A stretch of 64,000 bases of DNA, taken from Candidatus Cloacimonadales bacterium. GTDB taxonomy: Bacteria; Cloacimonadota; Cloacimonadia; Cloacimonadales; JAFGVF01. Numbering within the stretch: the stretch's first letter is position 1; every line of letters starts with the position of its first letter. Location of the stretch: NCBI GenBank assembly GCA_963662585.1, contig OY759729.1:2944001-3008000 (forward strand), written 5' to 3'. This document shows, in pieces, positions 18,601-28,200 of this stretch. The notes under the pieces are model-generated. The model ran no database searches. It had not been told where the DNA came from and was given only the letters and a program-made list of their open reading frames with translations. A program made the translations under genes and the position numbers.

Positions 18601-19629
18601 TGGGGGTGAAATATGGTTCATTATTGCAATAATGACATACGGAAAATACTTACCAAAAGCAAAAGCGATTAAAGGAACATGTACATATTTAAGTAGCGAT
18701 AAGTAATTGGTTTTTGGATTTTCCTTTTTGAATAAAAGCATAAATACAATAATACTTAGTAATAATAGGGTAATGTTTGTTAAAATTATAGGTAATTGCA
18801 TATCTCTTTTATCTCGACAGAATCCCATTACTGAAGCAGTGTAAGTTGGATTAACTGCTCTATTTTGATAAACATTGCCAGATAAAGTGAAAAAATAATA
18901 ATCATTAATCACATCTGATTTTGAAATCCATACTATTAGAATATTTTCAGAAGAGCTATACTCAGATAATTTTTCAATGATTTCTATATTAATATTTCCT
19001 GTTCTTAACTCCTTCAATTCTTCAGGATTTAGATAAGAGTCTATTGTTTTTTTGTTTTGAACAAAATAACCTGAATTAGTATTGAATAAATACAACACTT
19101 CATTTTCATAATTATCCTTTCCCTCCTTATCCAGGAAAAATACATTAAGTTGCGGAATCTTACTTCTTATAAAAATCTCATTGGCTAATTTTTCTGAGGC
19201 AGAAGATATAGCAATAATATCCGGATCATCCACTAACTCATAAGTAACTAAAGATGCAGAATTTAGTAGTATGGGAAGAGTTAGCAGGTTTTTGAGAGGA
19301 AACAAACCTCCATAGGTATCATGTGCCATATCAATCTGATTATCTAAATCTATCTTTAGATTGTCTATTAATGATTGATACTTGATTTTTGTATTTTCAT
19401 TCAAAGAACTTGATTTAAGCACAGATTCTGCTTTAACAAGATAGTTTAAACCCTCTCCATAACAGCTCATACTCCCTTTTTCAGCTAAACCAAACCAATA
19501 AAAAGTTTCAGCATGCTTAATGTATTCTTCAATACTTTTAGAATTGTTGACTTCAGAATAAGCAGTTTTTGTTATTACCAAAAAGAGTAAAATAATAATC
19601 TTTATATGTAATTGATTAAAAAGCTTCAT
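15697..19629 (-). CDS. Signal peptide + extracytoplasmic domain + multi-TM + STAND (AAA_16-like) ATPase + TPR protein
   Basis: N-terminal signal-like sequence (...TKTAYS), about 7 hydrophobic helices, Walker A GNSGRGKTS, PYAPF, Walker B FIGIDDVQWAD, LALHFYAAG, C-terminal TPR-like helices. Confidence 0.8.
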   Translation of the reverse strand: MKLFNQLHIKIIILLFLVITKTAYSEVNNSKSIEEYIKHAETFYWFGLAEKGSMSCYGEGLNYLVKAESVLKSSSLNENTKIKYQSLIDNLKIDLDNQIDMAHDTYGGLFPLKNLLTLPILLNSASLVTYELVDDPDIIAISSASEKLANEIFIRSKIPQLNVFFLDKEGKDNYENEVLYLFNTNSGYFVQNKKTIDSYLNPEELKELRTGNINIEIIEKLSEYSSSENILIVWISKSDVINDYYFFTLSGNVYQNRAVNPTYTASVMGFCRDKRDMQLPIILTNITLLLLSIIVFMLLFKKENPKTNYLSLLKYVHVPLIAFAFGKYFPYVIIAIMNHISPPSENLAILSFWWPILTGTLIILSPLFIFKVLSQRFNLLQQIKDPFIIFSATAFGTVGYFSSLFILFFEIKGILISFFLLCLVIFISFILARHFYQNKLIKNVMDLISPVLSAIILGTVIFLGNIQYMILAGFSILLLLSPRLISGNKVQKKKSTLAVNEAKSNPIDSPANLKEFEARIENPIYVKFSSFHKAELLIKKNKVIGIFGNSGRGKTSLLQKLLNDGSSEILYGNCPESFNEQTCKIPYAPFQKALSEKLNINLIQITKSCNQFDSVVNSLLDNVIPLSSIFIPPSSEEDNIISGKTEIHIAILDLLKKLSEECELFIGIDDVQWADDSSKELLLFLIDEIEKADLNIRLIIVSRTKEQLCELVNEDSITEVTELLPEDKVRLLEENLGLYRRVSNRIVNELGRDLSGKGELHWLTEMLKFLIKEGYFVKKDKGFDWSDKFNENNAFPVPENMRKIIEDYIDKFPEYEEVLLCAACIGKTFKISIVAESLEMSKLKLIKLLDLIETRTQLISDVKENDDFYTFNSSFVLEALRSKMSIKAKGPNDNTVSQLVREFHARIALSLEKTLSLSNQHLYDLALHFYAAGSTFADKGYKYCVKASQSAQGNYSYNTAKEYLQMAEECATIIGRKKEIAEECQVLELNILHLTGNITMIEKADFWIQVLEQNITSYSNRLLIKVLRLLYNTGNLTRKQVYFENAVLLAKQLLPSVSNTLEKAEIFQFLGLCLPRFNSNEIKDSFEKALELLDNKTGSIEAVKIQGRVYNSLAYLLINSIQDDQEDKSEIAYKAEDFYRKQLNIFEKYHLHDELGLAMANSGIGRCLMIKDDFAEAKYHFNINLRISKKINNRTGLIQMNSLIGECEFKLGNYANSLDSYQISFDYSEDIISKTFAITGLIKCAFKLQSKDKLDEYCNFIIDNLDSIQEMKFNYPKEKLLEAIMECSKKIEPDHFKKITTKLNVIITKE

Positions 19630-19641
19630 TTTTACCTTCCA

Positions 19642-21957
19642 CTATTTTTGTTTATTAATATATCTAATATGAAACAATTTCAATAATGCAAAAACACCAT
19701 ATGAAAGGATTGATGAAAATCCAAAAATAATAACAAATTGTATCCAGCCAGCAATACTACTTTCGGGGAAAAAAGCAGTATATTTTTCAGCAAATGATTT
19801 ATCCATATGAATGCCACTAAAGAAACCAGTTGTTAGAGCAAAGGGAGCAATGATTATAGTTATAACCGTGCCAATAAGTCTAGAAAAAGAAGTTCTAATA
19901 TCTTTCACTTGAGCAGCTAATGATTCGATCTTTTGTTTTGCATCGTTAAATTTTTTATCAATATCAAGAATTAGTCGTATATTCTCGTATGATTTCTGCT
20001 GGAAATCATTATCAGTTATGGTATCAAAGAAAAGAATTTGTTCTATTTTCATTAGTTTCCATCTGTCTGAAATGATTTCATTATTTGTAGGCGCTATGGA
20101 TCGGTGCTTTATGAAATCCAGAACAAGATTTTTCAAAGTAATTTTCTGCAGTGTGGCCAATAATACGATCATAGTATTTTCGAGGGAGAGTTTAGAATAA
20201 TTGTCTGATTCAAAATTTTCTTCATCTGAGAAAAATAGAGCAAATCCCCTTTCGGTGCCATAAAATACCATTTCATTATTATCGGAGACATTAACTAATG
20301 AATTCATATGATTTAGACATGCAATTCTATTGTGAAAATCATTTGAGATAGAATCAACAAGTCTATGAAGTATCCTTTTAGCATTACCTTCAATTTTACC
20401 AAGATTAAGTTCTACTGGGTTTAATTTAACTGTAGATAATATGAAGTTTTCTTTTTTGCTCACTACCTGTAGGCCTTCTTGTAGTAATGATTGATAGTCA
20501 AATTCTCTTAGTTTTTTGATTGCAGTAATTAATTCTCGAAGACATAATGATGACTGCAATTTGAAACCAATATAGCAGATAGCATTTTCTAAACCCATAA
20601 AAATTACAAAACTCTGTGATAGTTTTAAATGGTCGAATGTCAGTCTATTAGTAAATTGCAAAGGAATAACTTGCAAAACTTCTTCAAAACCACTTTTGCT
20701 AAAAGTTTGGCGAATTTCTTCAGAAAAATTAGAGAAAAGTTCATTAGAGTTTAATTTTGCATTTTTGGGAAGAAAATCAGGACTTGTAATTCTCACTGGA
20801 ATCATCATTGAGATAAAAGCATAGTCAGTGTGGACAAATTTAGCAGGGTCACCATATTCCCAAATAGTATTCAGCATTTCAATCTCAGAAATTTGTGATG
20901 CACAAACTCGCTTATTATCTATAGTTATTGAAGGTGAATCCACTATCGTAAAAAAGTGACCTCTACCATCATACCAAGGTGAAATTATGTTAGTGCCAAA
21001 TCTACCCTTACCTTGTTCTACTCGTTCACGGCCCTGAAGAGTTTTTAAATTAATTAAATCTTCAATATTTTGTTCTTTTTTTTCAAGAATACTACCTAAA
21101 TTTTCTAGATGAAGACCACTCCATGGATCAGTACTAATGATGTAATGAATGAGATTTCTATTCTCAGAATTTTCAATTCTTAAAGAAGTCACCAATAAAG
21201 TAAATCCTAACCCTAATTCACTATTTTTAAAATCTGATCTTGCTAATTCACGAAACAATTCGCTTTTAGGTTCTCTTAAGTATAGTCCATCAACTAAACT
21301 CCACTGAGTTTGAGAATTACTGTAACTTTTTGTCTTAGGTAATCTTAATTGAAATTTAATTCCTCTATCAATATCTTCTAAATAATCTCTATATGCTTGC
21401 TCGAAAGAAAGTTTTGCTTGTATAGTTATTAATTTCTCACAAATTGAGTCTAATGAGTTTCCTTTAGATAACAATGTATAAACTTTATCTATAATTTTTA
21501 AACCATGTTTTACGATATCTATATCATTATTTACTCCTGAAGTATTTAAAACCGTTCGATAAACAACAACCCAATTCTTGCGAGGGTCAATATTTTTTAG
21601 TAAGCCCTGGTCATTTTCGGTAACCCAGTTTACAAGTTCTTGCACATAGATGTTATTTTCTGGTACGATATTGTCTTCAAGGATTTTTCTTAAGAGCCAA
21701 GTAGTAAATAAAGCATCAAGGTCAGGACTTTCGTGTAAATAGATATTGCAATATAAATCATCATTAAAATGTGGTAATATGTATTGTTTATACACATTGC
21801 AAATTAATTCTGCTGCACTATTTTCATCTACTTCATTGTGATGGTGGTCAATAACACCCAGACTTACACGGTTACCTACATCTAACCAAAAGTTATTTTT
21901 TTCAATATTTTCTGGCGCTATTTGACCTTTATTGACGAAATGAAAATTAAATTCCAT
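19642..21957 (-). CDS. DHH/MYG1-like phosphoesterase fused to CorA-like two-TM C-terminus
   Basis: LDVGN...VIDHHH and HESPDLDA motifs; WYDGRGH...IVDSP; long helical stalk, then TVITIIIAPFALTTGFFS and a second TM helix. Confidence 0.6.
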   Translation of the reverse strand: MEFNFHFVNKGQIAPENIEKNNFWLDVGNRVSLGVIDHHHNEVDENSAAELICNVYKQYILPHFNDDLYCNIYLHESPDLDALFTTWLLRKILEDNIVPENNIYVQELVNWVTENDQGLLKNIDPRKNWVVVYRTVLNTSGVNNDIDIVKHGLKIIDKVYTLLSKGNSLDSICEKLITIQAKLSFEQAYRDYLEDIDRGIKFQLRLPKTKSYSNSQTQWSLVDGLYLREPKSELFRELARSDFKNSELGLGFTLLVTSLRIENSENRNLIHYIISTDPWSGLHLENLGSILEKKEQNIEDLINLKTLQGRERVEQGKGRFGTNIISPWYDGRGHFFTIVDSPSITIDNKRVCASQISEIEMLNTIWEYGDPAKFVHTDYAFISMMIPVRITSPDFLPKNAKLNSNELFSNFSEEIRQTFSKSGFEEVLQVIPLQFTNRLTFDHLKLSQSFVIFMGLENAICYIGFKLQSSLCLRELITAIKKLREFDYQSLLQEGLQVVSKKENFILSTVKLNPVELNLGKIEGNAKRILHRLVDSISNDFHNRIACLNHMNSLVNVSDNNEMVFYGTERGFALFFSDEENFESDNYSKLSLENTMIVLLATLQKITLKNLVLDFIKHRSIAPTNNEIISDRWKLMKIEQILFFDTITDNDFQQKSYENIRLILDIDKKFNDAKQKIESLAAQVKDIRTSFSRLIGTVITIIIAPFALTTGFFSGIHMDKSFAEKYTAFFPESSIAGWIQFVIIFGFSSILSYGVFALLKLFHIRYINKQK

Positions 21958-22793
21958 AATGACTCCTTATAAAAATTTGGTATGATATAAAATTGACCAA
22001 TAATTTTAACTCTTTTTCTTAAGTAATAATTCCTCTAAGTTATCCACTTTTGGAGTTCTTAGATTATAGATTGGGAATAAGATAGGATAGATAGTTGTGA
22101 TATTTTATAAATTTTCAAAACAATATATATCATCACTTGTAATAATACTAAACTTTTCTATTAAATTCATTAACTACTCCTAACCTTGTTTAATCTAGAC
22201 ATCATGAAGAATCCCCTAAGGGATCAATCTTACTTGCATGAATTATGTAAAGAATGATAAAATAAAGAAGCGTAGAAATGATCATATCGGATATTATTGA
22301 CCAATATTTGAAGATTTTCTCTTTTTCTTGTTTATAAGATTCTCTCTTTTATGTGTCTTAATTATATCTAACATTATAAAACCAATTATAACATCAAATC
22401 CAAATTTAATAGTAACAAAAAAATATGTCAATATAAAAAATTATATCAATATAAAAAATTGTCTGAGACTTGTTATTACGCTAAAAATCATAGGCTTTGA
22501 TTTTCAACAGATTAGTTTTAAAGTCTCTATTTTGTTTGTAGTAACTACATATTGCAAATTTTACGGCTAAAAGAGGTGGACCATCGTAGGATGGAGTGGT
22601 GGTGCTCTAAGGTAATTATTTCTTTTCAGTTATGGAAATAATCTAACATAAGTAGATAGCTGACAGAGTAGAATAAGTGCTCAAAACAAGCTATCTGAAC
22701 CTTGAAGAGGATGTTTCTATTTTTTTTTAACTTCTAAAACATTTATTCTATAATATTGACTTAGAAGATAATGTTTCTACTAATAATTATCCT

Positions 22794-23897
22794 TTAGTTA
22801 TCAATGCTATTGAGAATACTTTTAATCTCATTTATATCATATTTAAATAGATTTTTAATACTATATCTACTAAAGAAAGCTTTTTTAACCTCATTTGAAA
22901 TTTCTTCAGGAAATTCTTCATTTTTATTCCAATTTATTCCAATTTCTTTTCTCATTTCATCATTAATTTCACCGTAATCTTTTTTATAATTATCAGCTTT
23001 TTTCTTAATTAGCATACTCAAGTGATTGATCACTTTGAAGTCTAATTCTATTTTTTCTAAGAGCTCTAATGATTTGGAGTTTTTAAGTATAATTTCTTTA
23101 TCTTTCCAATCAAGTTTGTTATAGTTACATAACAAAACACTATCTAATCTTTCACTTAAGATCTCCTCAAAATAATTTTTCTTAGCTTTCACATCAAATA
23201 TTTCTTCTGAGGGTAGTAATAATGCAGATAATTTATTTCCTTCATAACAACCTGTATCAATCCCAAAAATATTACCCTTTGTTCCTCTCTCAACATTTTT
23301 ATACTTAGTATGTCCAAACACTATCTTATAATTACCTTCAAATGAATTAAACCATGGAGTACTCTTATTGTCAAACCCTATTCTACCTGCTGATCCAATT
23401 CCTAGAATATATTTGATTTCACTATCAATTTCCCCATTCTTTATTATCTTAAGCTGTAAATTATCTTCATTAACACTATTTTTCCATCCTGCATGAACTA
23501 TTAAATATTTTTCTCCAGAATACAATTTTAATTCTATATACAAAGGTAAAGTTGAAATAAAGTCAATTATTTCAATATACTCATTCTTGCTCAGCATATA
23601 TCTTTGAATTTCTCCCGAAAAATTTCGCTTATCAAATAAACTTTCATTATTTATCATTTTTTTAATGTGTTTAATTTCATGATTTCCCATTATTGCAAAT
23701 GCATTAGGGGTCTGTTTAAAAAAAAGCACTGTTTCATGAGTTTTATACCCTCTATCAACAATATCACCTACAGAGATGATAATATCAGTTCCTATCTTAA
23801 TTCCGGATTTTTCAATCAGGTTTATCATTTCGTCGTAGCAACCGTGAATATCCCCTATGATCAAGGCATTTTGATTCTTTTTGAGATTGATTTTCAT
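22794..23897 (-). CDS. Calcineurin-like metallophosphoesterase (PPP / ApaH / Pnkp-phosphatase-like)
   Basis: GDIHG, GDIVDRG, GNHE, VHAG, VFGHT, GIDTGCYEGNKLSAL. Confidence 0.9.
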   Translation of the reverse strand: MKINLKKNQNALIIGDIHGCYDEMINLIEKSGIKIGTDIIISVGDIVDRGYKTHETVLFFKQTPNAFAIMGNHEIKHIKKMINNESLFDKRNFSGEIQRYMLSKNEYIEIIDFISTLPLYIELKLYSGEKYLIVHAGWKNSVNEDNLQLKIIKNGEIDSEIKYILGIGSAGRIGFDNKSTPWFNSFEGNYKIVFGHTKYKNVERGTKGNIFGIDTGCYEGNKLSALLLPSEEIFDVKAKKNYFEEILSERLDSVLLCNYNKLDWKDKEIILKNSKSLELLEKIELDFKVINHLSMLIKKKADNYKKDYGEINDEMRKEIGINWNKNEEFPEEISNEVKKAFFSRYSIKNLFKYDINEIKSILNSIDN

Positions 23898-24067
23898 GAC
23901 ATTTACTCCTATATATAAGTGTTTTTAATTCAGCAAAATTATTTTCGTCTATATTATATAAACTATTTATTTATAAAATATAAATTGGAAGTTGAGTTTT
24001 TTCTTAAGAATCCAATAAAATTCCTTTCATTAGGTTATTGATAAATGTCCATGATTGAGGACTTCCC

Positions 24068-25261
24068 TTACCATATGAAACGATCGTACCATCTAGATTT
24101 TTGGTTTGCCCATACCAGTTTGTGTAAGTGGGTGGTGGTAACTTTGTGAGGTGCCATGAAATAAGAGAAGAGTGTTGTAGGCATTCTTCCCCAAATCCTA
24201 AAATCATCCTCTTCTAGTTTTTTTTGATCTCTTACAATCACCACTCTAATTTTCAATTTAAATAGTAATTCTTGGTTATCAGTCATCCAATAAAATATGT
24301 TTAGTAGATCAGAAGACATCAATTCATTGCAGTTAAAAATAAATATTGGTACTAAGATTTTATCAATATTATCTAAAATATTCAATGAAAAATTCTTTAT
24401 TTTTAAAGTTGAAGAAATTTCGTTAATTAAGAATTTGCTGGTAAGCTTTATATGTAGTAGTGTTTTTGACTGTTTATGCTTTAAATATGACATTAGCTCA
24501 TTCTCAAAACTCGAATCCAATAACATAAAAGGCTCTTTATATAACAGATAATATTTGAACCATTTTAAAACATTATGATTATCTAAATCACTATATATTT
24601 TATTTAAGTTATTTATTCGTGTAATAATTTCATCTATGGTTGGATCATCTAAGTTGCTGTCTAAAAAACGTAACAAATGCCAAGCTTCATTTAAGTCATT
24701 TTTTGTAGAATCAGTCTGATAATGAATCACTGTTGGGGAGATTATATTGGAAAAATATAATAACTTATTATCTTCTAAAGCAATAAAAGGAGAAACTTTT
24801 ATATTACGAAAATATATATCTCTATCATTCGCATAAACTTCTGGTAAATTTTTAAACAACTCTGTCTCTCCACCCCACAAATTTGAACAATCACTTATTA
24901 CCTCATCCTGAGTCTTATCTTTGGGGTGAACTAATTGGTTTCTAAGTTGAATGGTCTTTACAATTACTCCTTTGCCCTTTGTTTCTCTTTTTTTTATGTA
25001 ATTTGTAAGTTCAGCAAGTTCTAGACAATTACTATTATTTGCACAAAAAATTAATAAAGTGTGTAGACTTCCTAAAGTTTTATTAGCAAAATTACTATTT
25101 AATTTACTTATTATTCCACAAGGTACATTTCCTTCATTAAGATAACTTGCAAGGTATATACTAATAAGTTTTATGACTAACTGCTCAACATCATTTCGTA
25201 TAAAAAGCTCAACATCGTTCAATATATCATTTTTATTCAAAATTTTAGCTTTGATTTCCAT
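24068..25261 (-). CDS. Hypothetical protein with N-terminal HEPN-like domain
   Basis: GGAG RBS before ATG 25261, 1 nt after the upstream stop. KTLGSL...IQLRNQLVHP, then VSPFIAL, paralleling the same domain in 10359..12911 and 25263..29873. Confidence 0.7.
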   Translation of the reverse strand: MEIKAKILNKNDILNDVELFIRNDVEQLVIKLISIYLASYLNEGNVPCGIISKLNSNFANKTLGSLHTLLIFCANNSNCLELAELTNYIKKRETKGKGVIVKTIQLRNQLVHPKDKTQDEVISDCSNLWGGETELFKNLPEVYANDRDIYFRNIKVSPFIALEDNKLLYFSNIISPTVIHYQTDSTKNDLNEAWHLLRFLDSNLDDPTIDEIITRINNLNKIYSDLDNHNVLKWFKYYLLYKEPFMLLDSSFENELMSYLKHKQSKTLLHIKLTSKFLINEISSTLKIKNFSLNILDNIDKILVPIFIFNCNELMSSDLLNIFYWMTDNQELLFKLKIRVVIVRDQKKLEEDDFRIWGRMPTTLFSYFMAPHKVTTTHLHKLVWANQKSRWYDRFIW

Positions 25262-25262
25262 T

Positions 25263-28200
25263 TTATTCTCCAAAAAATAACTCTGGTTTTTTATAAAGAT
25301 TTTGTAAATACTGAATATTAACATCAGCATCATCTGATAACTGAAAAGATGCTCTATCATTGCAAAAAGATAATTCTACATTCTCTAATAACTTGCATAG
25401 TTCACGAATTTCGATAAAAACCTGAGAATTAGAATCGTTTGTAACAGCCAATTTAATTCTTGATAAATTGTTTAAAACAATGTTATATTTTTCGTTCTTA
25501 ATAATATTAATAACATTTTGTATGTTCTCATGATTTACTCCAGATAATGCTAATGTCTCAATTTTGAAATCATTAGGAACTCTTTGAAGCTCGTTTATAG
25601 GTATTTCTAAATAATAGATATAGTTGCTGAAAGGTATATTGTTGAAGTCGATAGGCTCAATGGTTTGATTTATATAAAGCCTTTCTATCCAATTGCCTCC
25701 TCTATCATCATAACTAATTTTCAAATCATTTATTATAGTTTCTGAATAGGGAGTTTCACCAAAAGAAATGTGATTGTTACTTATTTCTATGTTAGGGTGT
25801 TTATCACTGAACCTAAGGTCTTTATTTACAGGCAAGCTTTGTTGCTTGGCTAATAGTAATTTCTCAATGGCTTGGTTGGTAGAGAGGTAGGGGTATTGAA
25901 TACCTTTTCCGGTTTCTCTATCTAATGTTTGAACCTCAAGCGTAAAAGTCCTAAGTTTTGGTAGGGTTTTGATTGCTTCAATAAGTTTATCATAATATTC
26001 AAAAGATTTATTTTGGTAGTCAAACAAGACTAAATTTTCAAGTCCTGTAAAATACTTTAATGATTCTAACTCTTGAATCGTTTCTTCTCCATTTAATTCC
26101 ATTCTTTTAAATAATGTAATTTTAGAATTGTTAATACTGGGTAGTTTCTCAAATTTTACCAAGTGTTCACAGGGCTCATTGGGTAGCCAGTTCAAGGATG
26201 CAGGTTGATCACTTACAACATTAATTCTAATAGGTAAATTATACTTACTTATTTTTTGGCACTTATCAGTTGTCGAATTATCTAAAACTCTTACTAAGTA
26301 TTCAGTATCAGAAAAAATAATTGGTTTCATATTGCTAGGATCTGGAATAATTAAGCCACCAGTTGTATAACTTGTAGATTCAATAATTTTAATATTTTTA
26401 TTAGTTATTACCTTTACATTTGGATTAGAACATTCAATAAATTGTAGTGGCCATAAGTTTTTTATATTTGTTAAATTATATCTTCTATCAACTTTTTTAG
26501 GTAACTTCAAAAACATAACTAAGTTATTTTCAATTAGATCTTCAATCATTTCTTGTTTTATATCAGAATCATATAAGTTTAAGGAATAAAAATAACCACC
26601 ATCGTCATTATTATTAGATATATTTTTTAAAGTGTACTTTAATTCTTTTTCTGATAATATGTTAGGAATCTGTTGATACTTCATCCTATTTTTATATTTA
26701 TAACTATGAGAATATTTATAATTACTTCTTAATATTTCATCTTTGATCAAGAAAATTTGGAAATACCCAATACTCATAAGTATAAAAATCAAGGGATAAA
26801 AGTAGAATGCTTTATTAGATCGTCGCATTCTAGCCAAATTTGTAGTCCTATAATAGTAGTAATTAACAATATTTGATATCTTTAACTGAATTAAAACATC
26901 TCCAATAATTACTAAAACTCCAATAATGAGAAGACCTTCTATAAAAAGATTATTGTTTCTAATTGCCAAATTTCTAAGTTGAAGCCCTATATATGGATCA
27001 TTAATTTCTGAAAAATTAAGAAATTTAAGCAAAAAAGAACTAGACACAATACTAACTAGTATTAGAATTCTTATGAATATCTTTTTTATTGAGCTATTCT
27101 TTAGTACATCCTTAAAGCCATAAAAATTTTTTCTCATATTTATGCAATCAAACTCGTCAAGTTTAGCAGAAACAGTGCATTTTTTATCAAAAACTGTTAA
27201 CTTTTTATTTGTAAAAAAACTGAAAGATAAACATGATATTATTGGGAATAAAACTAATAGTATTATTATGCTAACAACTAATTGAGTTGTGGAAGTCATA
27301 GTTAGTACTTTAGGTGTAAAAAGTATCACAAAGGATAAGATTATTAAAATTCTTGATAAAAAAATGTTTGTTTTGACTTGATCAACTCCATTACTGTAGT
27401 ATGCTCTATCAGATTTTTCGACACTCATAATAAAACTTAAAAGTATAAAAGTGTATAATAAAACAAAGGACGAAGATTTAAGATTGTTGAATTTTAAAGA
27501 GCTCATTTCACTAGTAGCTGCTATTGAATCACTAGATAAACCATAAAAAGAAAAAATAAACCATATTGTAACCACTGAATAAATCAATATAATGAATATC
27601 ATCAATATCCTATATCTAGATAACTCATCATATTTGAATGTCACATAGTTTATCTTTTCCATGTAGCTATAATTAAACTTAATCATTCTATCTTTAGAAT
27701 TATCAGATTCTAGTGCATGATCATTAGGTAGATTTGAATTATTACTCTGTTTTGTATCTTCTGACGATAACTTTTCAAGTTCTGGTGTATGATCTATTGT
27801 TTTATTTAAATTATTGCTATGTTTAGTATCTTCTGAAGACAACTTTTCAAGTTTGAATGTATAATCTATGATCAGCTTTGAATCAACTAAATCGGTATAT
27901 TTTGATTTATTAACAATCTTATCGAATTCTGTTTTTTCATTTTTTTTTAATTGTGATATAAGAAACTTTTCACCGCCATACTTTTGTGACAATTTTTTTA
28001 ATTTTATCAGAAGAAACAACTTCTCACTAAATCCAAACCTACTAGCAAATCTAATCAGTTTTTTAAAAATAGTTAGACGAGTATTATCATTAGTTATCTT
28101 TTCAAAAAAATTCTTTAGTGTTTTTTCAACTGATGGATTATTGATATCACTACGGTTGTTTAAAGCTCTAAGATAATTCAAAAATTTTAAAGGGGAATCA

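Noticed and set aside
22006..22170. Small - strand ORF with GGAG RBS upstream of the DHH-CorA gene
   Set aside because: In-frame TAA after 21 codons and no recognisable motif. It could be a decayed gene but is unsupported.
22328..22720. 80-aa ORF and short inverted repeats in the 21957-22794 gap (ncRNA or IS end?)
   Set aside because: The ORF is low-complexity with no RBS. The hairpins (AGATAGCT/AGCTATCT) are short and I cannot match them to any family.
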